Below are positions 20,701 through 29,535 of a stretch of 64,000 bases of DNA, piece after piece. How positions within the stretch are numbered: position 1 is the first letter of the stretch; every line of letters starts with the position of its first letter. A program made the position numbers and the translations under genes. Source of the DNA: a virus; the IMG/VR virus record IMGVR_UViG_3300049571_000582, positions 32,001 to 96,000 of that record; one strand, 5' to 3'. The notes beneath the pieces were generated by a model. It did no database searches. It was not told the DNA's origin and saw only the letters and a list, made by a program, of their open reading frames with translations.

Positions 20701-22642
20701 GATCACGGCTCCCGCCAACGGCGTGGAGATCAGCAACGTGGGAAACGATGGCGTCCGCGACGTGGTCCGGTGGTGGCGATTCCGTGTGCAGACCAGGGCC
20801 GAGGGCCCCGACGGTGTGTACGAGGCCGACGGCAACTATGCGCCGGTGGATCTGTGCGACCTCGAGCGCGTCCTCTACGAATTTGAACTCGACGCTGCAC
20901 CCACCTTTGACAGCCAGTCCGGAGGCAATCCTCTTCGCCGCAAATTCAGCAACTACGACGGCTCACTGCTGGCGGTCGCGACGGCGACATCGCAGGCGGA
21001 CTCCCCCGACGCCCCCGCGGCCTATCAGGGGGCGGTGCTCAAACTGCCTCCCTCCGAGCTGCCCGGGAAGGTCGCCGGCGATGAGCCCGCGTCTGGCCAG
21101 GAGAGTTTCGAGGCGACCTACCAGTGGCGGGTCGCCGCATACAACCGCTTCACCGGCGATGTCACCGCCCGCCCGCGGCCGCGGATCACCGCCGCCTCGG
21201 TGGATCACGACACCGGCACCGGCGTTTTCGAGTACCTCGCCCAGGCCCACCCGATGATCACCACGATGAGTCTTGGGGTCGATCCGGAGATGGGCGGGAG
21301 CCACGTCAACGGCTACGCGATCAGCGGCACCTTCCTGGCGATGCCGGCGTGGGTCGATGAGACCGAGCTGGCATGGATCTCCGATCGCCGCGCACCGCTT
21401 GAAGATGGAAATCCCAGCCGGCAGATCAACAGCCTCAACTGGGTGTGGCCCAACACCGACCGCAAGCGCGTCTCGTTTCTCTACGACGAAGCGAAGGGCC
21501 AGTACGTCGGGTTCATGGCCAAGAGCGATCCCAACGATCTCAGTGGGCAGCGTCATCGAATCGTCGGCATCCGCGCGATGGAGTTGGGAAAGCCCTGCGA
21601 ATACGACGTCTACTTCGCCGACAACCCGGCGCTTGCGATTTATGGACCGTGCGTGGTCCGCGTCAACGGGACGTACCGGCTCTATGTGACGGTGCAGGAC
21701 ACGGCTGCATCCCAGCCGCGGATCATGACCGCCAGCAGCAGCGACGGTGACTCCTGGTCCGCGCTTGTGGAAACCGGCGTCGACCTGGGTGCCAACCCCA
21801 GCGTGGTCTTCGACGGCACACACTTTGTGATGTTCTTTGAGAAGCCCTCGACGGCTGTTCAGTCACCCGATCCCTCGCCTGAATCCCCCTCGATCGAGTC
21901 GAGCGGATATGCGCTGCTGGAAACCGGCGGGTCGGCGAGGGTCCGCGCGCCCCAGCAGGCGACGATCCACGGTGCCGCCTCGGGGCCGGCGTCGGTGCAG
22001 ATCCACTACGCCACCTCGGTTGATGGTGTGAACTTCGGCGTCAGCACACAGGCCACCGCCGACCCCTACGGTGCACAGGCACCCGGGGCGGTCCGCCTCA
22101 ACGGTGCATGGGTTGTCTACTACCAGAGCGGCAACTTCATCGTCTCGGTCGCGGGGCTGACGCCGGGCACCCTCTCGGGGCGAAGGACCGAGCGGTCGCC
22201 GGTGAATGGATTTTCCCCGATGCACCCGATGCCTTTTGTCGATCTTTACCAGGGCAACGAAGAGCTCTTCCTTGCCTACACCGCGCGGAAGGGGTCCGAC
22301 TATCGCACCCGGATCGTTCGTCTGGAGGACCGGGTGTGGGTTCAGGGGAACACCGACAAGATCTTTGGAGCCCCGGGCCACCTGCTGAACGTTCCAAGTT
22401 CCGCCGCGGGCATTGAGCGACAGGTGCGTGTCGACTTGCTGAGTCACGGCATCAGCGAAGGGGCGAGCATCAAGGTCCGCCTCAACTTCACGGACTGGTC
22501 CCCGACATCCAAGACCTACCTGCGGCAATCCGACTGGGTGTCGGCAAGCAACGCGGAGGAGACCGGCAGCGTCGTGAGCCCGGAGAGCTTCACCTACACG
22601 TCACTGCTTGATGCGTTTCCCTATTTGAGGATTGCCTCATGA
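17798..22642 (+). CDS. Large virion protein with FN3/Ig-like segments, an Asp-box and a C-terminal beta-propeller (GH43/GH32-like fold)
   Basis: YFFRVRMSDG and YQWRVAAYN FN3-like strands; YSTDDGFTWK Asp-box; repeated P-x-V-V...Y blades with S-x-D-G-x-x-W/F turns. Confidence 0.65.
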   Translation: MATVRPDILVKVGSGPLDAVGEWAAVDTPTPYVEWSAPLLNQFRFSVKIACVESGATAVATSGPRTGTDQHFRFPVGVGMGPGFAGLCTVEVALSQNSTGDFEFISPPFYFVYDPYTENLFRARKLTLRFNPGDDPDALPQNGGRQYHAQVASDPLFMNVLWENSAIAAGPAAEVSYDVPQEDLTLETNRIYFFRVRMSDGLDFGDWSIVNAFRNFQDLPPVVRFVSVGPSTGDAGDVLITFDIDDAARVPASVEFYYVDGTGPGDRQPLSLVESAGHLMPGRHSVTWRTMNQLSRSKHDQIMLFARARDSRNYGPEAAFGPAVIDNSAIPVPVGGIGTDRWRFSVAGWAANPGKSLDLDPVDMPVQMAIGDDALNVDQQLPVAAGQVWKPSTYDQVLPTQMPTLVDSILHIAGQGLSPLDGVYVWVPQQTPDGPGAMTKKLDHFLLQTPTGPVRLPATVTTVHGTTAINETSVTRQFDGGCVATTGTYPGGITADMNPIDFPARGILWRSEALSLSGPVAGETAQPFNYFFSGISPDSHPGHALQPRPGQLGGFRVSGSLGRSWSTVDLGFAFLQAYWDAYNTVHWRATASETSSVRIQFCRVLDDGSEPVFIDVRGDNAAFSEETGRWITDPLVFNIYWDTSDRTAIPSGGTYRLRIRQCDPKSRTIGDWVYSSDFQIINGITNPVSILSEIYEPWSKTVTIELRCDSSTGEYYTLTNFWYSTDDGFTWKRISIGDISGARAHLSSLPGENRHVIVWDTSGYNVSASNNVRVKIACAPAEALSAIQVPFFKWLTPANPYVDAAESQAVDLLGRWETRVYDPATGTIVPAVPPVRVPGTLTMLQQQAEGVRQDPSTGAPQGAYSFLTPDANGLITGKSWPGGGGSRWAVADQDGYKAWLAAPFTPIETHAQALSRISQQMDYITAVQLPALQKTIAAGEKRVRKRLMDQGYFAEEFFPVINGKITETITAPANGVEISNVGNDGVRDVVRWWRFRVQTRAEGPDGVYEADGNYAPVDLCDLERVLYEFELDAAPTFDSQSGGNPLRRKFSNYDGSLLAVATATSQADSPDAPAAYQGAVLKLPPSELPGKVAGDEPASGQESFEATYQWRVAAYNRFTGDVTARPRPRITAASVDHDTGTGVFEYLAQAHPMITTMSLGVDPEMGGSHVNGYAISGTFLAMPAWVDETELAWISDRRAPLEDGNPSRQINSLNWVWPNTDRKRVSFLYDEAKGQYVGFMAKSDPNDLSGQRHRIVGIRAMELGKPCEYDVYFADNPALAIYGPCVVRVNGTYRLYVTVQDTAASQPRIMTASSSDGDSWSALVETGVDLGANPSVVFDGTHFVMFFEKPSTAVQSPDPSPESPSIESSGYALLETGGSARVRAPQQATIHGAASGPASVQIHYATSVDGVNFGVSTQATADPYGAQAPGAVRLNGAWVVYYQSGNFIVSVAGLTPGTLSGRRTERSPVNGFSPMHPMPFVDLYQGNEELFLAYTARKGSDYRTRIVRLEDRVWVQGNTDKIFGAPGHLLNVPSSAAGIERQVRVDLLSHGISEGASIKVRLNFTDWSPTSKTYLRQSDWVSASNAEETGSVVSPESFTYTSLLDAFPYLRIAS

Positions 22643-23034
22643 GCACGATCCCAACAGAGAACCCCGGCGTCAGCCCCCCGTTTCCAGTCAGTGGCGAGGA
22701 GTTCATTCTTCGGCACATCCAGGCGATCACCCGCGTGCAGATCGAGGGCGTCGAGCCGCCGACCCTTGGGCTTCAAGCGGGCTACTCGCCGGCGGTGGTG
22801 ATGACCAACCGGTGGTTTCCATGGATCGATGAGAAGCTCGTCGAGCCCAAATATGACGGGGTGTCGCAGTACCTGGGGATCCCCTCGAACCAGCCCACTC
22901 CCATTCGCGATTACCACATGCTGTCCTTGTTCCGGGCCGTTGATGCGATCCTCGCGCCCGCGTACACGGGCCTCATTATGTCGCAGGTCGACTCAATCAT
23001 GCCGGAGAGTCCGCCTTTATCGCCAAGTCATTGA
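22639..23034 (+). CDS. Hypothetical protein
   Basis: ATGA overlap with the upstream gene. Confidence 0.6.
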   Translation: MSTIPTENPGVSPPFPVSGEEFILRHIQAITRVQIEGVEPPTLGLQAGYSPAVVMTNRWFPWIDEKLVEPKYDGVSQYLGIPSNQPTPIRDYHMLSLFRAVDAILAPAYTGLIMSQVDSIMPESPPLSPSH

Positions 23035-23113
23035 AGATAAAGCCTTTTGAGACTACCGAAGTTGTGAATGAGTTGCCATAGCATCTGATGAAGATGTCCG
23101 GGGGGTTCTGCGC

Positions 23114-23776
23114 ATGTGGCTACAAATTTGGCTCACCATCCTCGGAGAGGCGCTCAAGTCGCCTCTCGAGTATTGCGGGGGGAAAGTGGGCAAATGGCTT
23201 GGCGTACATGTAACACATCGCCTGACGCTCCCGGAAACGATCGAACGGACCCAGGCGCTCCGGAACAAGATGGCCGAGCTTCGCGTCCTCGTCGGCGCTG
23301 ACCGGGTCGGGATTTTCCAGTTTCACAACGGCGGCACCTTCAGCAACAAGAATCCGCAGTGGCGCGTGAGCTGCACCGACGAAGTTCACGCCCCTGGCGT
23401 GGAGCCCGCCGACGCCTCCACCCAGGCCGTCTTCGCCAGCCGGCTCATGGAAATGGTTGCCCACCTGTTCGACAAAAAGTTGATGCAGGATCACGTGTCC
23501 TGCCCCGGTGAAAACACCTTCCTGCTGTCGGTCGACCGCATGGCCGATGGGTTCACCAGGAACCTGTTGTGCGTGCAGGGCGTTCGCTCCATCCTCCAGT
23601 CGCCCCTCTTTGATCGCGACGGAATGATCTGCGGCTACCTCGCTGCAGACTTTTGCGACTTTGGACATGGGACGCACGTGGGCGACCAAAAGATCGTCGA
23701 GAACCTCGCGGCGTTTCAGCGGTATGTGCCCCAGATCGAGTTTGCCCTTGTGGCGAAAACACCGATGGGGGATTAA
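23114..23776 (+). CDS. GAF-like domain protein with hydrophobic N-terminus (possible T4-T-type holin)
   Basis: LVGADRVGIFQFHNGG and GVRSILQSPLFDRDGMICGYLAADF are GAF-type elements; N-terminal W/L-rich segment. Confidence 0.55.
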   Translation: MWLQIWLTILGEALKSPLEYCGGKVGKWLGVHVTHRLTLPETIERTQALRNKMAELRVLVGADRVGIFQFHNGGTFSNKNPQWRVSCTDEVHAPGVEPADASTQAVFASRLMEMVAHLFDKKLMQDHVSCPGENTFLLSVDRMADGFTRNLLCVQGVRSILQSPLFDRDGMICGYLAADFCDFGHGTHVGDQKIVENLAAFQRYVPQIEFALVAKTPMGD

Positions 23777-23804
23777 GGAAAAAGGTTCGGGGGAAGCACC
23801 GGCT

Positions 23805-24407
23805 ATGGTGGCGACGATGGAGCCGCAACGGCTAAAGACCTGCACCAGGTGCCAGGTCTCAATGCCTGCGACCACTGAATTCTTCAACCGCAAGGCAGAT
23901 GCCCCATCTGGATTGCACGCAAGGTGCAAGCAGTGTGTTCGGGACTACCACAAGCAATGGCGCAAGTCTCCGTCAGGTGCTGCCTCCACTCGCAAGACGT
24001 ATGAGAAGAAAGGCACCCTGCCGCGACCGGCGATCAGCGCCTTAGCCTGTGCACGATGCAAGGTCGAAAAACCTGCCACGGCCGAATTCTTCTACCGGAA
24101 TGCAAAGAACGCCACGGGTTGGGGGAGCTACTGCAAGGGCTGCCACAAGCCGCTCGCCAAGGCTTGGAAAAGGTCCCACCGCTACAAGATCACACCAGAC
24201 GAATTCCACTCGCTCACTCAAAAGCACCAGTCCTGTGCCATCTGCAAGTTGCCATTCAATGGATCGCCGCAGGTCGACCACTGCCATGTCACCGGAAAGG
24301 TGCGTGGTCTCCTCTGCTACAAGTGCAACACGCTCCTGGGGCATGCAGACGACAGTCCAGAAATTCTTGAATCGGCGATCCGCTACCTGAAGGAGCATGG
24401 AAACTAA
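23805..24407 (+). CDS. Endonuclease VII-family (HNH) nuclease with two N-terminal Zn-finger repeats
   Basis: CAICK...VDHCHVTGKVRGLLCYKCNTLLG, plus two CxxC-(EFF)-CxxC modules. Confidence 0.88.
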   Translation: MVATMEPQRLKTCTRCQVSMPATTEFFNRKADAPSGLHARCKQCVRDYHKQWRKSPSGAASTRKTYEKKGTLPRPAISALACARCKVEKPATAEFFYRNAKNATGWGSYCKGCHKPLAKAWKRSHRYKITPDEFHSLTQKHQSCAICKLPFNGSPQVDHCHVTGKVRGLLCYKCNTLLGHADDSPEILESAIRYLKEHGN

Positions 24408-25612
24408 TGGCAATCACAGGACAAGGCCTTAGGTTCGCGCCGCTGTTTTGGATCTTTCACGACCAGTGGAAATACTTCGATCCCGGCCCCAATGGCAACG
24501 CGATCCACAACCACCGCGGACATCTCCACTTCTTCATGCCCAGCTTCAGCCCCACCGCTCCAACCCAGGATGCGTTTTCGGGGCAGCAGAACTACAAATT
24601 CGACATCAAGGACATCTGGGGTCCCCGATCGGGAGATCCCAACCAGTCGTTCCAGTACACGGTTGTCGGCAAGCCCAAGTGGTTCTTCCACATCACCGAA
24701 CTGTGGCGGCGCGTCTTCATTCAGCCGTGGGACGCAGGTCCGGGCGACAAGCCGGCCTGGTCCCGCACCGGGGTCAAATACGACGCCTCGCCCGCCGACA
24801 AGACGATGGGTCCATTTCGCGAGGGCGTCAGCGGTCTGACCACCTATGCCCCCGTGTATATCGAGGGTGCGAGGAGCCTGCCTGTCGACTACTTCACCTC
24901 CTCCGCCCTCTCGCAGGCGGCCCGGGGCAATGCGGTGGCCCAGCGCGCAAAGGCGATTCTGGGAAGCCGCTACGTTGATGAAAAGTACAACCTGCAGCAC
25001 AGCAACCTTGTGGCCAACGATTCGCCGCCGGGGGCCCCGGCATTCTCCGACAACTTGTACATCTTCCCCGTCCTGGAATACCAGAAGGTGATCCAGCTCA
25101 ATTGGGAGCCGATGCCAGGCTCTCCTCCGGATGTGGCAAGCCTCGACGATGCCGACGAAACCTACGGCGACGGCTGGTCATTCGAAGTCCCCATCCCCTT
25201 TATCAATCCTCTCACCGGCATCTACCGCAGCCCATTTGCACTGCAGACCGGCGTCGTTCTGCCCTTTGGCGAGTACAACGATCTCACCCTGCCTGGCGAT
25301 CGAAAGCTCATCCCCGACGAGCACAAGTTGCGCTATCGGTCGACTCCCTATTCGCTGCAGCATGCACCGGATCCGGCGCTGGATCTGCCGCCTGAGAAAC
25401 TCGGCCAGCTCATTGAGCAGTGGCACAACCCCTGGGGCGACGCCGCCGGCGGGAAGATCGTGCAGCAGTGTCTCGGCGGCGTGATCAATGCCCGGGCAAA
25501 GGTCATCGCGCAGCACAAGCTCGGCGGCCGGGTCTCCTTTGACGTGACGGCCTCGCAGTTTCTCCCGACGACCGATTTTGCCGGCACCGACCAGGACGGA
25601 GCCCCGTCGTGA
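24407..25612 (+). CDS. Hypothetical, probably structural, protein
   Basis: 401-aa ORF with TAATG coupling; W/P-rich like the neighbouring virion genes. Confidence 0.6.
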   Translation: MAITGQGLRFAPLFWIFHDQWKYFDPGPNGNAIHNHRGHLHFFMPSFSPTAPTQDAFSGQQNYKFDIKDIWGPRSGDPNQSFQYTVVGKPKWFFHITELWRRVFIQPWDAGPGDKPAWSRTGVKYDASPADKTMGPFREGVSGLTTYAPVYIEGARSLPVDYFTSSALSQAARGNAVAQRAKAILGSRYVDEKYNLQHSNLVANDSPPGAPAFSDNLYIFPVLEYQKVIQLNWEPMPGSPPDVASLDDADETYGDGWSFEVPIPFINPLTGIYRSPFALQTGVVLPFGEYNDLTLPGDRKLIPDEHKLRYRSTPYSLQHAPDPALDLPPEKLGQLIEQWHNPWGDAAGGKIVQQCLGGVINARAKVIAQHKLGGRVSFDVTASQFLPTTDFAGTDQDGAPS

Positions 25613-26238
25613 TAGCACCACCGGCATGGATGGAATCCCGCGGCCGCGGTGCAAAGGTGATGATCCTAGACACAGGCGTCAGCGCAGAGGTGTTCCCATT
25701 CGAGGCAAGAAAGTTCGTATCCTCCTCCGTCGCTTGCGATCACGGCACCCGGGTCTTCAAGGTCATCGCCGGTGATGATGGGATCTCTCCGGCGTGCGAG
25801 GCCTATGTCGCCGAGGTGGTGGGCACCGGAACATGGGGGGCCGTCGCCGGCGCTTTGAGGTGGGCCGTGGATCTGGGCGTCGACGTCGTGAACATGAGCT
25901 TCGCGTGCCCCGCCTCGGACGCGGATGCCGACAAGTTGCTCGACCAGCTCAACCATCGAGGTGTCCTGCTGGTCGCTGCCTACAACCGGTGGCTTCACTG
26001 GCCCCACGCCCACGAAGCAGTCATCGCCGTCGGCCCTGAGGGGGAGACACGCTGCGATCTGGAGGCACCAAAAGAATACCCCGTGGAGATCTCGGGCAAA
26101 TCCGAGCTCTTCACGGGGTCGTCCGCATCCGCTGCGGTGGTGTCGGGGATCGCGGCGTGCGCCAAGGCGACAGATCGGTCAATCAATCGCCTGCGGTTCC
26201 TCCGCGACCTCCGAGGTCGTCAGGACTTGAGGCGGTAA
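25609..26238 (+). CDS. Compact subtilisin-like (S8) serine protease
   Basis: ILDTGV (Asp), DHGTRV (His), VVNMSF, TGSSAS (Ser) motifs. Confidence 0.82.
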   Translation: MIAPPAWMESRGRGAKVMILDTGVSAEVFPFEARKFVSSSVACDHGTRVFKVIAGDDGISPACEAYVAEVVGTGTWGAVAGALRWAVDLGVDVVNMSFACPASDADADKLLDQLNHRGVLLVAAYNRWLHWPHAHEAVIAVGPEGETRCDLEAPKEYPVEISGKSELFTGSSASAAVVSGIAACAKATDRSINRLRFLRDLRGRQDLRR

Positions 26239-26462
26239 CCCGTCGCCGTCGGGCGGAAGCGGCGGATCGAGACGCGGGTCTTGGGTACGTGGCCGTTGCG
26301 GCTGGACTTGGAGTTGGTGCCTGTGAGCACCGTGCACTGGGCGTACTGGCCGTCGTCGGAGATGCTGTCGATGCGAAGCGTGCGGCCCTTCGCACGCTTG
26401 TCGCAATCCTCCCAGACCTGACCGACTTTGACTTTGGGCATTTCCTTCATCGGGTTCTCCAT
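26220..26462 (-). CDS. Small hypothetical protein (SH3-like beta barrel)
   Basis: VKVGQVWEDCDKR...TLRI pattern. Confidence 0.55.
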   Translation of the reverse strand: MENPMKEMPKVKVGQVWEDCDKRAKGRTLRIDSISDDGQYAQCTVLTGTNSKSSRNGHVPKTRVSIRRFRPTATGYRLKS

Positions 26463-26465
26463 GTT

Positions 26466-26810
26466 TCAGGCGGGCACATGCTCCCGCAGGTCATCATCTT
26501 CGCCTTCGTCGTCATCCTCGTCATCGCCCTCTTCGCTGCCGATGTTGGACGCCTGGACTTCGAGGATGTCCTTGTTGGCGTCGAGCATCATGGTGGCCCA
26601 CTCGCTCCCCATCTTGGCGAGGGATTCGAGCGTCGCGACGACCAGCTTGGCAGAATCCTCAGCCGTGATCGACATGTGCTCGAGCGAGCCCTCCTGGGCA
26701 AGGGCGACGATCACCATGGGGATCTGGACGTAGGCCTGTGTCGGCATCACGACGCCGGTCATCTGCCCCGGATCTGCCCCCATGAACGTCTTGTATGGTG
26801 CAGTCAGCAT
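26466..26810 (-). CDS. Hypothetical protein with acidic tail
   Basis: GGAG RBS then ATG 26810, in frame with ORF 26466..27062. Confidence 0.6.
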   Translation of the reverse strand: MLTAPYKTFMGADPGQMTGVVMPTQAYVQIPMVIVALAQEGSLEHMSITAEDSAKLVVATLESLAKMGSEWATMMLDANKDILEVQASNIGSEEGDDEDDDEGEDDDLREHVPA

Positions 26811-26829
26811 GGCTGCGGTTACTCCGAAG

Positions 26830-27792
26830 TTAGACGGCCACCTTGAACTTGATCGCCGGGTGCGGGTTGTAGCCTTCGAGCTTGAAGTCCTCGAACACCA
26901 ACTCGTTGAAGGGCTTCTTGGCGATCGTGAGCTTGGGCAGGGGCCGGAACTCGCGGGTGAGCTGCTCCTGCAGCCCGGGCACGTGATCGAACTCGGCTCC
27001 CGACCCGTCCGCCTTGGCGGTGTAGATGTGGGCGTCAATGATGGTGTGGGCGAACTCGCCAACCTCCATCCCGACTTCCTGGGCGATCATCTGGGTGAGG
27101 GTCGCGTAGCTGGCCAGGTTGAAGGGGATGCCCAGGGCGATGTCACCGGACCGCTGGGTGAGGTGGCAGTTGAGTTTGCTGACCCCGGCCGCGGCATTAT
27201 CGACGTAGCAATCGCAGTCTCCACAGAATCCTGCGCCATGACGAACTGCAAGGGGGGCACGGCAATGAGGGCACACTTCCGTGGGCGTCACGTTGAAGGC
27301 AAATGTGTAGTGGCACGGAGGCAGCTTCGACTTCGTCGCGTTGCCCGGCTCCCACGCCGAGACGACCAGCCGGCGGCTCATGGGGTTGCGTTTGAGCTCG
27401 TCGATGACGAACTGGATCTGGTCGACACTCTGGTTGCTGGCGTTGGTAAAACTCGACTCCTCGTAGGTGTCCATGCGGCCGCAGGGGCTGGGGAAGTTCC
27501 TCCAGTAGTGGCCGTAAGCCGTCTCCAGGTTCCCAGCCGCGTCTGCCCAGTCGTTCCAGATCTTCGACTTCTCGCGGAAATTCCGGATATGGTTCTCGCC
27601 GGAGAGGAACCACAAAAGCTCGTGCAGGCACGCGTCGAAGTTGACCTTCTTCGTGGTCAGCAGGGGGAATCCCTCCGCCAGGTCCACCTTGTAGAAGGCC
27701 CCGAAGTAGCTGATGGTGTCGACGCCGGTGCGGGAGGGCTTGCGGACGCCCTTGTCGATGACGAGCTTAATGAGATCGTGATATTGCTTCAC
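26830..27792 (-). CDS. thyA: Thymidylate synthase with a Zn-ribbon insertion
   Basis: RTGVDT, FPLLTTKK, ELLWF, SRRLVVSAW, LPPCH, QRSGD, GIPFN, DAHIY motifs. Confidence 0.96.
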   Translation of the reverse strand: MKQYHDLIKLVIDKGVRKPSRTGVDTISYFGAFYKVDLAEGFPLLTTKKVNFDACLHELLWFLSGENHIRNFREKSKIWNDWADAAGNLETAYGHYWRNFPSPCGRMDTYEESSFTNASNQSVDQIQFVIDELKRNPMSRRLVVSAWEPGNATKSKLPPCHYTFAFNVTPTEVCPHCRAPLAVRHGAGFCGDCDCYVDNAAAGVSKLNCHLTQRSGDIALGIPFNLASYATLTQMIAQEVGMEVGEFAHTIIDAHIYTAKADGSGAEFDHVPGLQEQLTREFRPLPKLTIAKKPFNELVFEDFKLEGYNPHPAIKFKVAV

Positions 27793-27977
27793 GTGGATTT
27801 CCTTTTGTATTTGTTCCGTGCCCTGCTGCGGTCGACGCGGATCACGTCGGCGACCACATAGGCCAGCAGGGCCCTTTGTTCTCTGCTCAAGAAGTCGTGG
27901 CGTGTGTGCTCAACGAATTTCTCGCACACTCGCTGACCCATCTTGAACGCATTGGGCAGACGCTTCAGCTTCGGCAC
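27789..27977 (-). CDS. Small hypothetical protein
   Basis: GGAGG RBS; 4-nt overlap with the thyA start. Confidence 0.5.
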   Translation of the reverse strand: MPKLKRLPNAFKMGQRVCEKFVEHTRHDFLSREQRALLAYVVADVIRVDRSRARNKYKRKST

Positions 27978-27986
27978 AAGGCCTCC

Positions 27987-28988
27987 TTATTCGGTCCGCT
28001 CATTCTCCGCGGCCACCACATCGGCCATCTCGCCAATGGGCTCACCGCTCGATTCTTCGGGGGTGCTGGCCGGGGCCTCCGCGGCAGCCTCGCCGCCATC
28101 GGTGGCCGACGTGGCCGGCTCATCGAAGTTCACTGGCGCGGACTCGGTGTCGCTGGGCGATTCGCTGGAGGTCTCCATGGCATCGCCCATGGCCTTGGCG
28201 ACTTCGCTGGCGAAGGTGTCGGCGACGGGCGTGGACACTTCGCCCGGGGCCTTGGCCAGAGCGCCCGCGAGGCGACGGCAGATGTTCATGGCCTTGGTCT
28301 CGTCGGCTTCGCTGGCGTTGAAGGTGAAGAAGGCCGAGGGGCGAAGGGTGAGGGTGATGGGCTTGGAGAGCTGCTGGCCGCTGTACTTGACGCGGACCGT
28401 GGCGAGGCGTTCGCGGTGCTCCTGGATGAAGGACATCGCGTTGGCCGCCGGCAGTTCCTTGGGAAACTTCACGGTGTAGCCGCCCTTGATCTGGTCGTCG
28501 GTGGCGTCGACGTAGCTGTTGACCTTGGCCGACACGAGCGTGAGGCTCTTGGTCTCGGGGTGGTCGCGCAGCTTGATGACCGACTCGTAGACATCCATCG
28601 GGATGAACCGCACCGTCGGGGCGTCGTCGGAGAATTCCAGAACGCCCAGGAGCTCGGCAACCTTGTCGAGGCTCTTGACCGAGCCGGTGAAGACTTCCAG
28701 CACGCCCACCTTGTCGGTCGGCGAGAATTCCCGCAGCATCGCTTCAAAAAGCTGCGTCTTGGGGAGCTGCTTGGTCTCCAGGCCGCCCTTGACCGTCTCG
28801 ATCTGCGGCACCTTGATGGTCTGGGTGGTGTAGGAGGTGAACTGCAGCTTGCCCTCGATGATGTCGTGGACGACCTGCACACCATATTCCTTGTCGGAGG
28901 GGCGGCCGAGCTGGTCGAGGGCGACCTTGGCGACCATGAGCGAGGGAGCTCGGTCGACCAAACCAATGTTGATTTTGAACGAAGTCAT
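27987..28988 (-). CDS. Hypothetical protein with acidic C-terminal tail
   Basis: GGAGAG RBS then ATG 28988; strong coding bias. Confidence 0.7.
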   Translation of the reverse strand: MTSFKINIGLVDRAPSLMVAKVALDQLGRPSDKEYGVQVVHDIIEGKLQFTSYTTQTIKVPQIETVKGGLETKQLPKTQLFEAMLREFSPTDKVGVLEVFTGSVKSLDKVAELLGVLEFSDDAPTVRFIPMDVYESVIKLRDHPETKSLTLVSAKVNSYVDATDDQIKGGYTVKFPKELPAANAMSFIQEHRERLATVRVKYSGQQLSKPITLTLRPSAFFTFNASEADETKAMNICRRLAGALAKAPGEVSTPVADTFASEVAKAMGDAMETSSESPSDTESAPVNFDEPATSATDGGEAAAEAPASTPEESSGEPIGEMADVVAAENERTE

Positions 28989-29013
28989 TGTGCTCTCCAG
29001 AGGAAAAAACGAA

Positions 29014-29500
29014 CTACCACACCAGCGACTCTGCCGGCATGATGGAATCAAAACCTTCTTGAATCGTGGGGGGTTCCCACATCTCTTGGTGGCGATGAGC
29101 GGCCCGCACCCAGTGCTCCAAGTTCAGCCCGCGGGAATCCCGCTGAGTGTCGCCGCCGGGCGTGGACCTCTGGGCCATCATTGGGAAACAGGACGCCATG
29201 CACTGATGCATCGAGAGACTTGGCCGAGGCGATGAATCGAGCTCGCGCCAGCCGCCCCATGTTCGGGCGGTCGACGACGACATCCCGACCCAGCGACAAG
29301 GCGGAGTTGAGCATGCTCATCTCGATCGACTTGTAGAGGTGCTTCAGCGACTTGGAGTAGCGGCCATAGAGCCCGCCGTGACACATGGCCACAATCGCAT
29401 CATCGTTAATGACGATGGAGCCGGCGGCCGCCGCCTCTCTTGCCTTGGTGGACTTTCCCGAACAGATGGGGCCGATGAAAATGAAAACTTGTGGTGTCAT
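29014..29500 (-). pseudogene. AAA_33/polynucleotide-kinase-like P-loop kinase, interrupted by a +1 frameshift
   Basis: GPICSGKST Walker A and VVVDRPN in one frame; the family-like C-terminus (WEPPTIQEGFDSI) is in another frame; one extra base at ~29139-29141. Confidence 0.65.
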
Positions 29501-29535
29501 CGCCTCAAAGATCGGGCAAACCACGAAGTTTGTTT

